Source: Takakia lepidozioides (Eukaryota; Plantae; Bryophyta). Taken from it: DNA of 64,000 nt. Shown here piece by piece: positions 1 through 9,527 of this stretch (the first letter of the stretch is position 1; every line of letters begins with the position of its first letter). The stretch is taken from assembly GCA_030704615.1 (NCBI GenBank), contig CM060732.1, forward strand, positions 41,230,001 to 41,294,000, in the 5' to 3' direction. The notes under the pieces are model-generated. The model saw only the letters and a list, made by a program, of their open reading frames with translations. It made no database searches and was not told the origin of the DNA. A program made the translations under genes and the position numbers.

Positions 1-1938
1 TGCTAATCTGAACACTGCAGCTGGTCTTATCCCCGGCGTCGCAATCATGGTTGCCGAGAACAATGGGGCTTGACACACAGAGGTGGCTGCCCCCAATAAC
101 ACACCGGCTGCACTAGCCTTGGTAGCAGGTGTCAGTGCTACACGTGTAGCTCTCCCCAATGGCATAGTAACCTCCGCCTCGGTAACAGTCGGGCGAGAAC
201 TAGGTGCCATGGATGGCTTCGACACTGTCTCCGCCAATGTGAATGACTGAGGAAGCCTCGCCTGACGGCTTGCCTCCCCACGTTGTGGATCCAATTCCAC
301 CTCTGCACCTCGTGGCTCAGGAACTTGTGCTGCTCCTCGAGTCACGGCTGCAGCAGACTCCACCTGCACTAGTGGTAGTGCTGCTCCGCACATGAATTCC
401 ATGTCTCCCATATCTCCTCCCTCAGGAGCAGGAGGTGGACCATCCCGCCTGGGAGCCGGTACCACCTGAGCTGTAGCCATGGCAGCGAGCCTCTGCTCTA
501 GCTGCTGAAGCCGGTTGGCCATGTCTTGGTCAACACCCTGACCTCCGCGTCCTTGGCCATGTTGAGCTTGCCCTTGGCCTACACCTCGTGCCCGACCACC
601 TTGTCCTCTCTGGGCTGGTCCACCTCGCCCCCGGCCACCATTTTTCCCTTGGAACTGGCCTGGGCGCAACTCAGGGTGCAAGTCATAACACTGGGCATCT
701 CCATGCCCATACTTGCCACAATGCCCACACTGCAACTGTGCAGGCTGTGCTTGTGCCGGCCTTCTGCCACTCTCTGGGCAATCTCTCTTGACATGGGGTC
801 CTCCACATGTCCAACATATCACCCCTGGTTGTTGTTGGCCTGCAAAAGATGCCACGGGCCTTTGCACCTGAGGTCCCATGTAAGCTCCATGGAACTTGGG
901 TTGGGCAACCTTGCCCCCCTGACCACGTTGGGCAGTCCCTTGTACCTGTTGGCTGGCAGCTGCACCTCGTGCAGGCATGTCCTTGCCAAATCCAATGGTA
1001 ACAACTCGCTCCTCCACCATGTTGAGCTCAATCCGCTCAGCCAGTAGAAACACATCCGCTAATGTGGGTTGGGCCGCTTGTAACAGGGTTGCATCCCGCA
1101 CCCTTCTCTTGAGCTCCTTGTCCAAAATTCCATACTAGAACTGGACTGCCTGAGCTTCAGTAACCCCTTGGGTCACACTTATCAAGCGCCTCATACGAGT
1201 GTAGGCCTCTCGCAAGCTCTCACTGGATTTGCGCTGGAAGTCTTGCAAACTTCGCAGCTTCTCTGTCCGTACACCTTGGTAGTTCCTCCGCAAGTTCTTC
1301 CACTACTAGTTCTTCCAGTTGAATCTAGGCACATGTGTTGTAATTGTGGCAGGAGGAGTAGTAGCACCTTTTGAACTGGTACCACCTGCAGAAGTGTCGG
1401 CACTACTTGTTCCACTACTAGTGCTTGTAGTTGGAGATGTTTGTGTAGCTGCTGGTGTCACCGCTGCCCTTGTGCCTCTAGTGATTGAGACATAGTTAGG
1501 TGACCAATACTCTCGCCACTCCTCAATCTCCACCGCATGTCCCCGCCTAAATTCATGGTAATCATCCATGGGCGGCCCCTCAAGGTGCTGGAATAGCCCC
1601 TTCCACGCCATAAAGGGCGTAAACAGTTGTGGATTGCGCATTTGCTGCAAATCACACCAACTGTCAAACTCTTGTATAAAGTCATCAAGCTCGATGGTGT
1701 TCACAGCTCCAGAGTACCTACGTGGCCCCTTGGTAGCTCCATACATCTCCTCCATCGTGTCCCACAACAATGACACGGTAATGACTTGCACCCTCGGCGA
1801 GAATCCTCCTGACTCCAAGTCTGAACCTTCCTCAGAAGACACTGAAGGTGAAAGTGGCCTAAACCGCACACCTTGTCTTGTGTACCCACTAGTATCGCTG
1901 GTGCTTGTACCGGCACTCCCCTCAGCAGCTGGTGGCAC
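1..1938 (-). pseudogene. gag: Retrotransposon Gag (capsid plus two zinc knuckles), runs off the window start
   Basis: One minus frame from 1938 to 1: RRYSGAVNTIELDDFIQEFDSW, capsid motif LRSLQDFQRKSSESLREAYTRMRRLI, knuckles CWTCGGPHVKRDC (778-816) and CGHCGKYGHGDAQC (688-729), then an RG-rich tract. In-frame TAG stops at 1303-1308 (two) and 1135-1137. Confidence 0.85.
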
Positions 1939-2859
1939 CTCCGTGATGAAAACTCACAACCCAACCGGTTGTCAACCTGTCTCTAATCCCCACTTTCTAC
2001 AAGGTAACCGGGTAAAGAACTTGTTGCAGCTACTGGTTCAAGCAGGAATAAATAGGTTTCTAATGTAGATCTGTACCTGCACCTGCATCCACCGCAAACA
2101 CTCCTATGGTCTGCTGGTCATCAACCCAGCCTCACCATAGAAGAAACACTAGTGGTCTTGCTGGTCATCACTCCAGCCTCACCACCGACAACATACTCTA
2201 GGATTGGCCGGTGATCAAATCCGGACCAACCTCCTATGAAAACAAGCGCCCACACAAAGCTAATATGGCGCACAGTCAAGCATGCAGGTGTGGAGGGGAT
2301 CCAAATACAAGAAAATCAAGACAGCAACTCCCCCACACCAAAAACACTCCACAGTGTCGCTCCTGCAAGGACACCCCAGCCCAAACCCGGACTGACTCTT
2401 GCCTCCACCTACGGAAAGGTTTTGGCCTACAGAGAGGGTGAAAGACTATGGAGAAGAGAAACTAAAGCAATTCCTAACCCCAGAATGCTCTCATCCCACC
2501 ACTCTCCCTCCTGTCTCTATCCACTCGCTTGTATGGCCATGGCAAGTATCCTTCAATATCCCTCAATCAATCCTTCAAGAGCTCTTCAACAAGGCAATGC
2601 CCATGTAGAGGATGTGCCACCTCCAGCAGAGCAGGATGACATGCATGGTGCGGCGGAGTTGCCTACCATGGTTGCTCACACTCCATTATGGGGTACGAGC
2701 AAGGATTTGCAGCAGGCTGTTGATGGACGGGTACAACAAGCCTGGGTAGAGGCCTTCGTACCGTCAGGAGAAGAGGAGAGTGCGGTGATTGCACCAGGAC
2801 CACCTCAGTTGTCGCCATTGGACACCACACCTCTTGTGTGGCAATGCCCGGATGAAGGC

Positions 2860-3810
2860 ATATGTCTTCTGGACTTGTTTGGCGGGATCAGCACTGGATT
2901 GGCTGCAGTACTACAGGCAGGTATACGAGTTCGACGTTACCTGTATGTGGAGAGGGATGAGACTGCACGACGCGTCTCATTGCGCCATGTTGCTCAGTTG
3001 GTACAGCAGTACCCTGATTTGTTGCTAGTGTCTGCAGTTCGTGGTTACCAACAAGCCTTGCCAGCCGACATTTTGTTGCTAGGGGCGCAGGATTTGGAGC
3101 GGGTTGGCTCCATTGATCTGGTAGTGGCAGGTTAGCCCTGCCAAGGGCATTCATCAGCCGAGCATGGCAATGGATTGCGAGACTCGAGGACGGGTCTGTT
3201 TTGGGAGATGATGCGGATTTTGCGCCACTTGCAGCTTCATCAAGCTGTATCTCCAGCATACATCTTGGAGAATGTGCCATTGATGGGTGATTCTCGGGCC
3301 AGGGTGATGGCTAGTGTGCATCAAGTCCGGTCGTGGCTTGGGTCAGCAGTGTTGCTGGATGCAGCTGCAGTGGGGTCATGGGCTCATCGTCTACGGCTAT
3401 GGTGGACTAACTTGATGTCACCCGCACTGCTCAAGCATGCATTTGATGGGGTGCAGCGGCCAGCACACCTCACAGTGGATAGCATTTTGGACACAGGGAG
3501 GCAGTCTCAACGTGTGAGACACGATGACCGTTCGCCTTTGGCAGTGGTCAACAGGGTGGGTCAACCACAAGCAGCATTACCTACACTGCTCAGCTTCCCA
3601 GGATCCCATGCTTTTTCAGGATGGTGGACCTGGCCTCTTGTGGGATAGCCAGTTGCAACAATTAGTGGAGCCCAATGCTGACGAGCGCGAGCGGGCGATG
3701 GGTTTTACCACAGGTACCACGGCGGTGTCATCTCTTTCTGAGGCATCACGTCGTCAGGTGTTGGGGCAAACAATGGATCTCAATTGCTTGACCTGGATTA
3801 TCAGCTTGGC
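2860..3810 (+). pseudogene. DNMT3-like C5-cytosine DNA methyltransferase domain of the Pol polyprotein
   Basis: Motif I LDLFGGI (FGG 2878-2886); motif II YVERD (2944-2958); motif IV VAG*PCQG (stop TAG 3133-3135, PC 3136-3141); motif VI ILENV (ENV 3268-3276); motif VIII LLDAAAVGSWAHRLRLWWTNL (cf. DNMT3 IDAKEVSAAHRARYFWGNL); motif IX ERERAMGF (3683-3706); motif X RRQVLGQ (3749-3769). One frameshift in the T-run near 3612-3616. Confidence 0.9.
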
Positions 3811-4270
3811 TATGGCTGAGCAGCGCAGAGTACGGAGTACACTTCCCTTCATGGTCTCCCTGCCTACCGAGACGGTACAGGCAGCGAGTGGGGGCGAGCA
3901 GGTGAGGACCACGAGGTGTAGGCCGCATCCATGGCACACGTGGGAGGTGCTCGAGGTTCAGAAGGAGTTGGCAGCCAAGGCGGCGGTGATGGATCAGGTT
4001 GGGGATTTTTCTCGGATTGAGGAGGTCCTCAAGGATGGGATGATGGGGCAGGATGAGACATTGTCACTGACAGAGGAGGCAGTGGTCACTGCTCAAGAGG
4101 TTGCAGCATAGCAACCACGGGACGCGTCTTCTACCTCTAAGCCTGCTGGACTCAAGGTTGCAGTCACGGAGGACAACTGGGAACCTGATGTTGGACCTAT
4201 AGTCACCGAAGGAGAGAGACGACGTATACGGCGGTTCTTGAGGGCTTACAGGAACTGATTTGCCTTCAGT

Positions 4271-5000
4271 TTGAAAGACTTAGGAGCACTGAAGGGTCAA
4301 GAGATTCGCATTGAATTGGCTACTGACACGCCAATCTTTCGGAGACCCTATAGATATAGTGACATGGAGAGGTCCTTGATTCAGATGAGAACTCGGGACC
4401 TTTGGGAGGCTGGTTTGGTGGAGCTATCTTGGGGAGAGTATGCTTTAGCCACAGTGATGCCAGCCAAGAAGAATGTCTTTGACAATTGGACAGAGAGACG
4501 TATGTGCGGTGATTACCGGCCTGTAAATCGTCAGACCAAGTCAGATAGGTATGCCATGCCAACACCAGAGGAGATTTTTGATGCCATTGGGCATGCCAAG
4601 GTCTTTAGCACGTTGGATTTACGACCCGGATATCACCAGTTGCCGATCAAGGAGGCGGATAAGCAAAAGACGGCATTCTGGGGGGTCAATGAGCACGGGA
4701 AGGATTGCCTATACCAGTGGCGGTTCTTACAATTGGGCTTAAGAACGCTCCGGCAGAGTTTCAGAGAGTCATGGACAGGATTCTAGCAGGGGTGGAGTTT
4801 GCTCGGTGCTACATAAATGACATCATCATCTTTAGTGCTACGGTGGAAGAGCATGAGAGACACCTTCAGGGGGTATTTGAGCGCTTGAGGGTGCACGGAT
4901 TGAAGTTACATCCGGGAAAGTGCAAGTTTTTCCACAACCAGATTGAGTATCTGGGTCACATGATATATCCTGGAGGATTGGGGGTACAGCAGACTAAGGT
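4271..5000 (+). pseudogene. pol: Reverse transcriptase domain (gypsy type)
   Basis: PIFRRPYRYS, RMCGDYRPVN, DRYAMPTPEEIFD, FSTLDLRPGYHQL, GLKNAPAEFQRVMD, YIND (4810-4821; YxDD mutated), KLHPGKCKF, EYLGH. Frameshift near 4730. Confidence 0.95.
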
Positions 5001-5239
5001 AGAGTCCATTGCACAGGTTCCACGCCCCACGGATGTGAGCCGAGTTCGAGCTTTCATGGGGTTAGCAAACTATTATAGACGGTTTGTTAAGGGATTTAGT
5101 GCCATTGCAAAGGCTCTAACCAAGCTGACCAAGGTGGACCAGGAGTGACAGTGGGAAGATGAGCAAGAACAATTTTTTCATTGCTCAAGGCGAGGCTGAC
5201 CTCGGCGCCCATCTTGAGATGACCTATCAGGGGGCGTTA

Positions 5240-5600
5240 TTTTCAATTGCATACAGATTGGAGCATGCTGGGGCTTGGAGCGGTGCTCACACAGGTGGAT
5301 GATGAGGGAAGAGAGTTCGTAGTGGCTTATGCTAGCCGCTCGAACAACGTTGCAGAGTCTAAGTATAGCTCATATGAGGGAGAATGCTTAGCTGCAGTGT
5401 GGGCCGTGGCACACTTCAGGTGCTATCTATACGGCAATCTCTTCACCCTTGTCACGAATCACCAACCACTCAAGTGGTTGATGGAGTCAGACAAGCTTAC
5501 GGGGAAGCTTGCACGGTGGGCACTCATCCTTCAAGAGTATGACTTTCAGGTGGTGCATCGACCGGGTTTGGTCAATCGCAATGCAGATGGGTTGAGTCGC
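5240..5600 (+). pseudogene. pol: RNase H domain (gypsy type)
   Basis: HTDWSMLGLGAVL, VAYASRS, YSSYEGECLAAVWAVAHFRCYLYG, FTLVTNHQPLKWL, KLARWALILQEYDF, ADGLSR. Confidence 0.95.
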
Positions 5601-5989
5601 AATCCATGCACGAGCCAGCAGGATGACACTGGAGCTCGGTGGCATGGTGAGACGGACGAGGAGATGGTGCCCGGATGACATGCATTTGCATTTCTGTGTA
5701 TCTTGGCAGCGGAAGGCAAGGTTGGACCTGCAACAGGGATGACTGTAGATCAAGTGTCTGAGGACCCTGAGGCCAACAATGAGCAAGGTAGCGCCAAAGA
5801 TATACATGAGGATTCAGTTGTGTTGGACTACCTCCGCACTGGAGACACTGCAGCCACTGTGACTGCCAAGGAGAGGGATCGGATCCTACAACGAGCCAAG
5901 AGGTTCAAGTGGGAGGGGGCACACCTGCTCCGAGTGTGGGAGGATGGTTGAGTGAGGATTGTGCCTCACCCAACACAGCGGGCATGGTT

Positions 5990-7030
5990 AGTGCGGCATG
6001 CCCATGAGGAGTTGGGGCATTTTGGGGTGCGACGCACTCATAGTTTACTGTAGGGGCAGTATTGGTGGCATGATATGCACACAGAGGTGCAACAATTTGT
6101 GGCTAGGTGCATGGTGTGTGACAGGGTGCGTGCTTCATTCAACGCCCCTACTCCACAATTGCACCCTCTTCCGATCATGGGATTGGGCTACAGGTGGAGT
6201 CTTGACTTCGCAGGGCCGTTGCCACTGACCATGCGCCACAACAAGTACGTGTTGGTGATGGTAGAGCACTTCTCCAAGTGGATTGAATTGGTTCCATTGC
6301 CTGATAAGGCTAGTGAGGGAGCTGCGTATGCATTCTTGGATTGTGTGCTTAGCCGATTCGGTGCTCCAGCTGAGGTACTCACGGACCAAGGGAGAGAGTT
6401 CTTGGGGGAGTTTCAGGCTTTGTGTGACAAGGCCTTGATAGACCACCGCACCACTTCTCGTGATCATCCTGAGGCCGATGGCTTGGTCAGAGAGAGTTGT
6501 TCAGACAGTAAAGAGGGGTTTGCGCAAGTATGCTTGCAGAAGGGACACATAGGAGATTGAGACCTTCAGTTACCCTGGTTAGCCATGGGCTACAGGTTCA
6601 GCAAGCAAGCATCACTTGCCTCCTTCTCACCATACTTTCTTCTCTTTGGCCGAGAGCCAGATTTGCCTACATCCATTCGCAGAGAAGCTGCTACAGTTCT
6701 TAACCTTGACGATCCGGACGTGTGGGCACGTGCATGTGAGCAGCGTGCAGAGTTGTTCAAGAAAGTCATGCCCATGGCTTTCGAGAACCTTGCCATTGCA
6801 CAACATCATGATACATTGAGGTATGCTACCATACGTGGTGGGCGCTATCGTCCTGGGGTTTGGAAATTCAACCCTGGTGACTATGTCTATCTGCAGCAGA
6901 CTGCTCCTACGACATTGGATGTGACTGCAGGACGTGTTATTTTGAGGGTTCGAGAGATTTTGCCCTCAGGCGTCTTGGTCTTGGAGGGTCGGGATGGCAT
7001 AACTTGGAAGGACCATGTGCGTAATTGTGT
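5990..7030 (+). pseudogene. pol: Integrase (HHCC zinc finger, DDE core, C-terminal domain)
   Basis: AHEELGHFG...CMVC, WSLDFAGPLP, VEHFSKWIE, FGAPAEVLTDQGREF, TTSRDHPEADGL, SPYFLLFGREP, FNPGDYVYL. Several stops and a frameshift. Confidence 0.95.
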
Positions 7031-7100
7031 GCCATGTCACCTTCCGAATGTCGATGGCAGGATTGACCCAAACCTGGCAGTGGTATCTGCAAGTTTGAAA

Positions 7101-7244
7101 TGCATGTTGTGTGGGTCTGCTAGAGGGACAGCCACCATGCTGGTGTGTGATCGATGCTCTAGAGGTTGGCATATGGGATGCTTGACTCCACCTCTTGAGA
7201 TGGTTTCTGATGGGGATTGGTTATGTCCGTATTGCATTGGATAG
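7101..7244 (+). other. PHD finger (C4HC3) fused to the integrase C-terminus
   Basis: CMLC...MLVCDRCSRGWHMGCLTPPLEMVSDGDWLCPYC then stop, in the same ORF (6585-7244) as the integrase C-terminal domain. Confidence 0.9.
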
Positions 7245-7500
7245 TGGGAGTGGATACAACCATGGAAGGCTAACAAGAAATGCAAGGCCAAGCTACTAGG
7301 AGACCAACACACGAGATCCTGACTCAAGTTCACAGATTGCAAGACGGCGACTAACGATGGGGTTGCTCTTGTACCCGGCCTCTTGGTCTATAGAGTTTGA
7401 GTACAATAGGGATAGTGATAGAGGACTTAGTATGGCTGTGGCTATTACATCTTGTAGCTATCTGGAGTTAGAGGGACCTAACCACCAGCTAGGGGGGCGA

Positions 7501-8097
7501 TTGTGGTATAGCTTTCTAGGATTGTGTGCTTAGATTGTGTGGTGGACAGCGATGTATGTTGTGGCACGATGCTTAGGTGCACGACAGCTGTCATGGTTTT
7601 AGTCATGGTTATCTAGAATTACCTACTTCTAGTTAAGTAGGACATTTTAGATATTTATATTTATATTTTGTGTGTTGGAACTTCATTTGGTCTCACATGC
7701 CAAGTGAGGTATCGAGCCTCACTTGAGACATGGAAATATGTTTTCCCCTTGTGAGTGTTGAGGAGGCTCATCTTCTTGTAGTTGAGCCTCCATGAGCTTC
7801 TCTCACCTCTATAGCTCTAGGTATTGAGAGGGAGTGTGTTGAGGGCTTTGTAGGGTGGATTCCTTTAGCAAAGGTGCCATTGGCTTGACTTAGTTTATGT
7901 GATAGAGTGGATTTCACTTGGAAGGACTAGGGCTTGTTCTTCATGTGATTGCTTCATGCTTTGAGAGCTTTCATTGTCTTCTACTTCTCTCATTTCTCAT
8001 CTCTTATCATTGTGGTATAGCTTTCTAGGATTGTGAGCTTAGATTGTGTGGTGGATAGCGATGTATGTTGTGGCACGATGCTTAGGTGCACGACAGC
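7501..8097 (+). repeat. 88-bp direct repeat (7501-7588 and 8010-8097) flanking the putative LTR
   Basis: ttgtggtatagctttctaggattgtg...gcacgatgcttaggtgcacgacagc occurs twice with about 2 mismatches. Confidence 0.95.
7589..8009 (+). repeat. Putative LTR (421 bp, TGTCA...TATCA)
   Basis: TG...CA termini, downstream of the polypurine tract, followed after 3 nt by TGGTATAGC (PBS-like). No second copy in the window to confirm it. Confidence 0.6.
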
Positions 8098-8394
8098 CCC
8101 TAGAACTATGGCGCGGCTCCCGGGCCTACCCCGGGCTACTCACGGTTGCTGGGCAGATCCTAAGGACCAAAAGAAAACACCACCAGAAAACAAACAACTC
8201 TCTCCTTCCCTTGTCCCCAATCTTCCTTATTTGGAGGAGAGTTAATAGATTAATATGGCCCTTCGCGGCCTCTTATATTGTCACTCGAGCTTACTGATCA
8301 CACGAATCTGATGTATGGTGTAGTTCTGCTTCTACCACAAAATGGAAATAATTAAATGCTCAATTATTTAAATCAATGGTACAATGGGTCCTTC

Positions 8395-8700
8395 GGCCAA
8401 TGGTCTTATGGGGCCTTCCCCTGTCAATCATGAATTTTGGACAAGTGTATATCCACAAGTCTCTTCACCTCTTTGAGAGGGCTATATTTTCAATCAATTA
8501 TCAAGCAACAAGTCATGGTTTGGTATATCACATAAATCTCATATATGAATGAAAAAATGACATAAGTGTCAACCTTCCAATGTGAATGAAGCTTGGGATG
8601 CTCTATTGACTCGGCGAATTGGTACTCTATGCAAGCCTCCTTCGACACTCGTCAACTACGTCCAACCCGGCCTTTCCTACTCGTCTCTAAGTCTCCACTT
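8395..8700. repeat. Diverged dispersed repeat, homologous to ~12715-13050 (possible old LTR fragments)
   Basis: Shared collinear blocks aagcaacaag..tatggtttgg, atatgaatgaaaa, ttcctactcgtctct..tccactt in both places. Confidence 0.45.
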
Positions 8701-9527
8701 CACATTCAACTTGCAATAATCTTTCTTTTATAACTTCCAAAATGGCTCCAAGGCCTGTACAAGTTGTGACCTCTCTCGTTAGCTTCTAAAATGCTTTCAT
8801 ATACTAAAGAGCTCAAGCTCCACTCTCTAGAACATAGGCTCCATCTAGCCACACTCACAAAGCTAGACTACAACAAGCAAGATGAAAGCAAGCAAATGAA
8901 CTAGGTGAAGAAACAAGGAGGCATTGCCCTCTTTATATATCGTTTTTTGGCTCAAAAAACTATTGGAATAATAATAATAAATTAGTATAATCTAGATGGA
9001 GTTATAATTTAAAAAACATAGAATGAAATAAACTAAGATGTTGGATGGAAACCTTAGAGGCAAATGATAAATGTTTTTTCATCCATCCCTTGGATGGCTA
9101 GTTGGCACTAATTGTCGTTTATCATCCACACAACCTTCAGGGCGAAATTGTGATTTTCATCTCATGGATGAAATAAAATACCAAATTTTTATAACTCAAA
9201 ATAGGGTGTCTACATAAAATCCATTACAAAATTATGTAGTGCAAGCATACCAAAAAACAAAAACCAAATAATACCCCCCAACTATACATCCTTTGTTTGC
9301 AGATGGTAACAAAATTTTATAAGGAGTGATTTTCTTGGGGTGATGGTTTCTATACAATTACTAATCTTACCGGCAAAGAAGGGTTTAAGTTCTCCTTGAC
9401 AGGGCGCATTTGCATTCTTCGTACATGTTTATGTGTTTGTAGTCTTGTAATTGCCTTCCAAGTCTTGTTTACTAATTACTAATTAATACTAGCCTAAACC
9501 CCCGAAGCACTGATAGCTGGGACTTCA

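Larger units (their letters stand above)
1..8009 (+). mobile_element. Degenerate Ty3/gypsy LTR retrotransposon carrying a DNMT3-like methyltransferase and a PHD finger (left end outside window; gag inverted relative to pol)
   Basis: Order RT-RNaseH-integrase (gypsy type) at 4270-7030, then a polypurine tract AGGGGGGCGA (7491-7500) and a TG...CA LTR-like unit (7589-8009). Gag is on the minus strand at 1-1938. Confidence 0.9.

Noticed and set aside
526-2068. Plus-strand ORFs 526-1047 and 1568-2068
   Set aside because: Antisense shadows of the minus-strand gag, with no recognisable motifs.
2236-2603. N-terminal ~120 codons of ORF 2236-3135 as part of the methyltransferase protein
   Set aside because: This stretch looks like the reverse complement of the gag upstream region. 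The open frame across the ~2604 junction is probably fortuitous.
2860-3810. Bacterial restriction-modification methylase or contamination
   Set aside because: The motifs are DNMT3-like, the domain is in frame with gypsy RT, and it is embedded in plant nuclear sequence.
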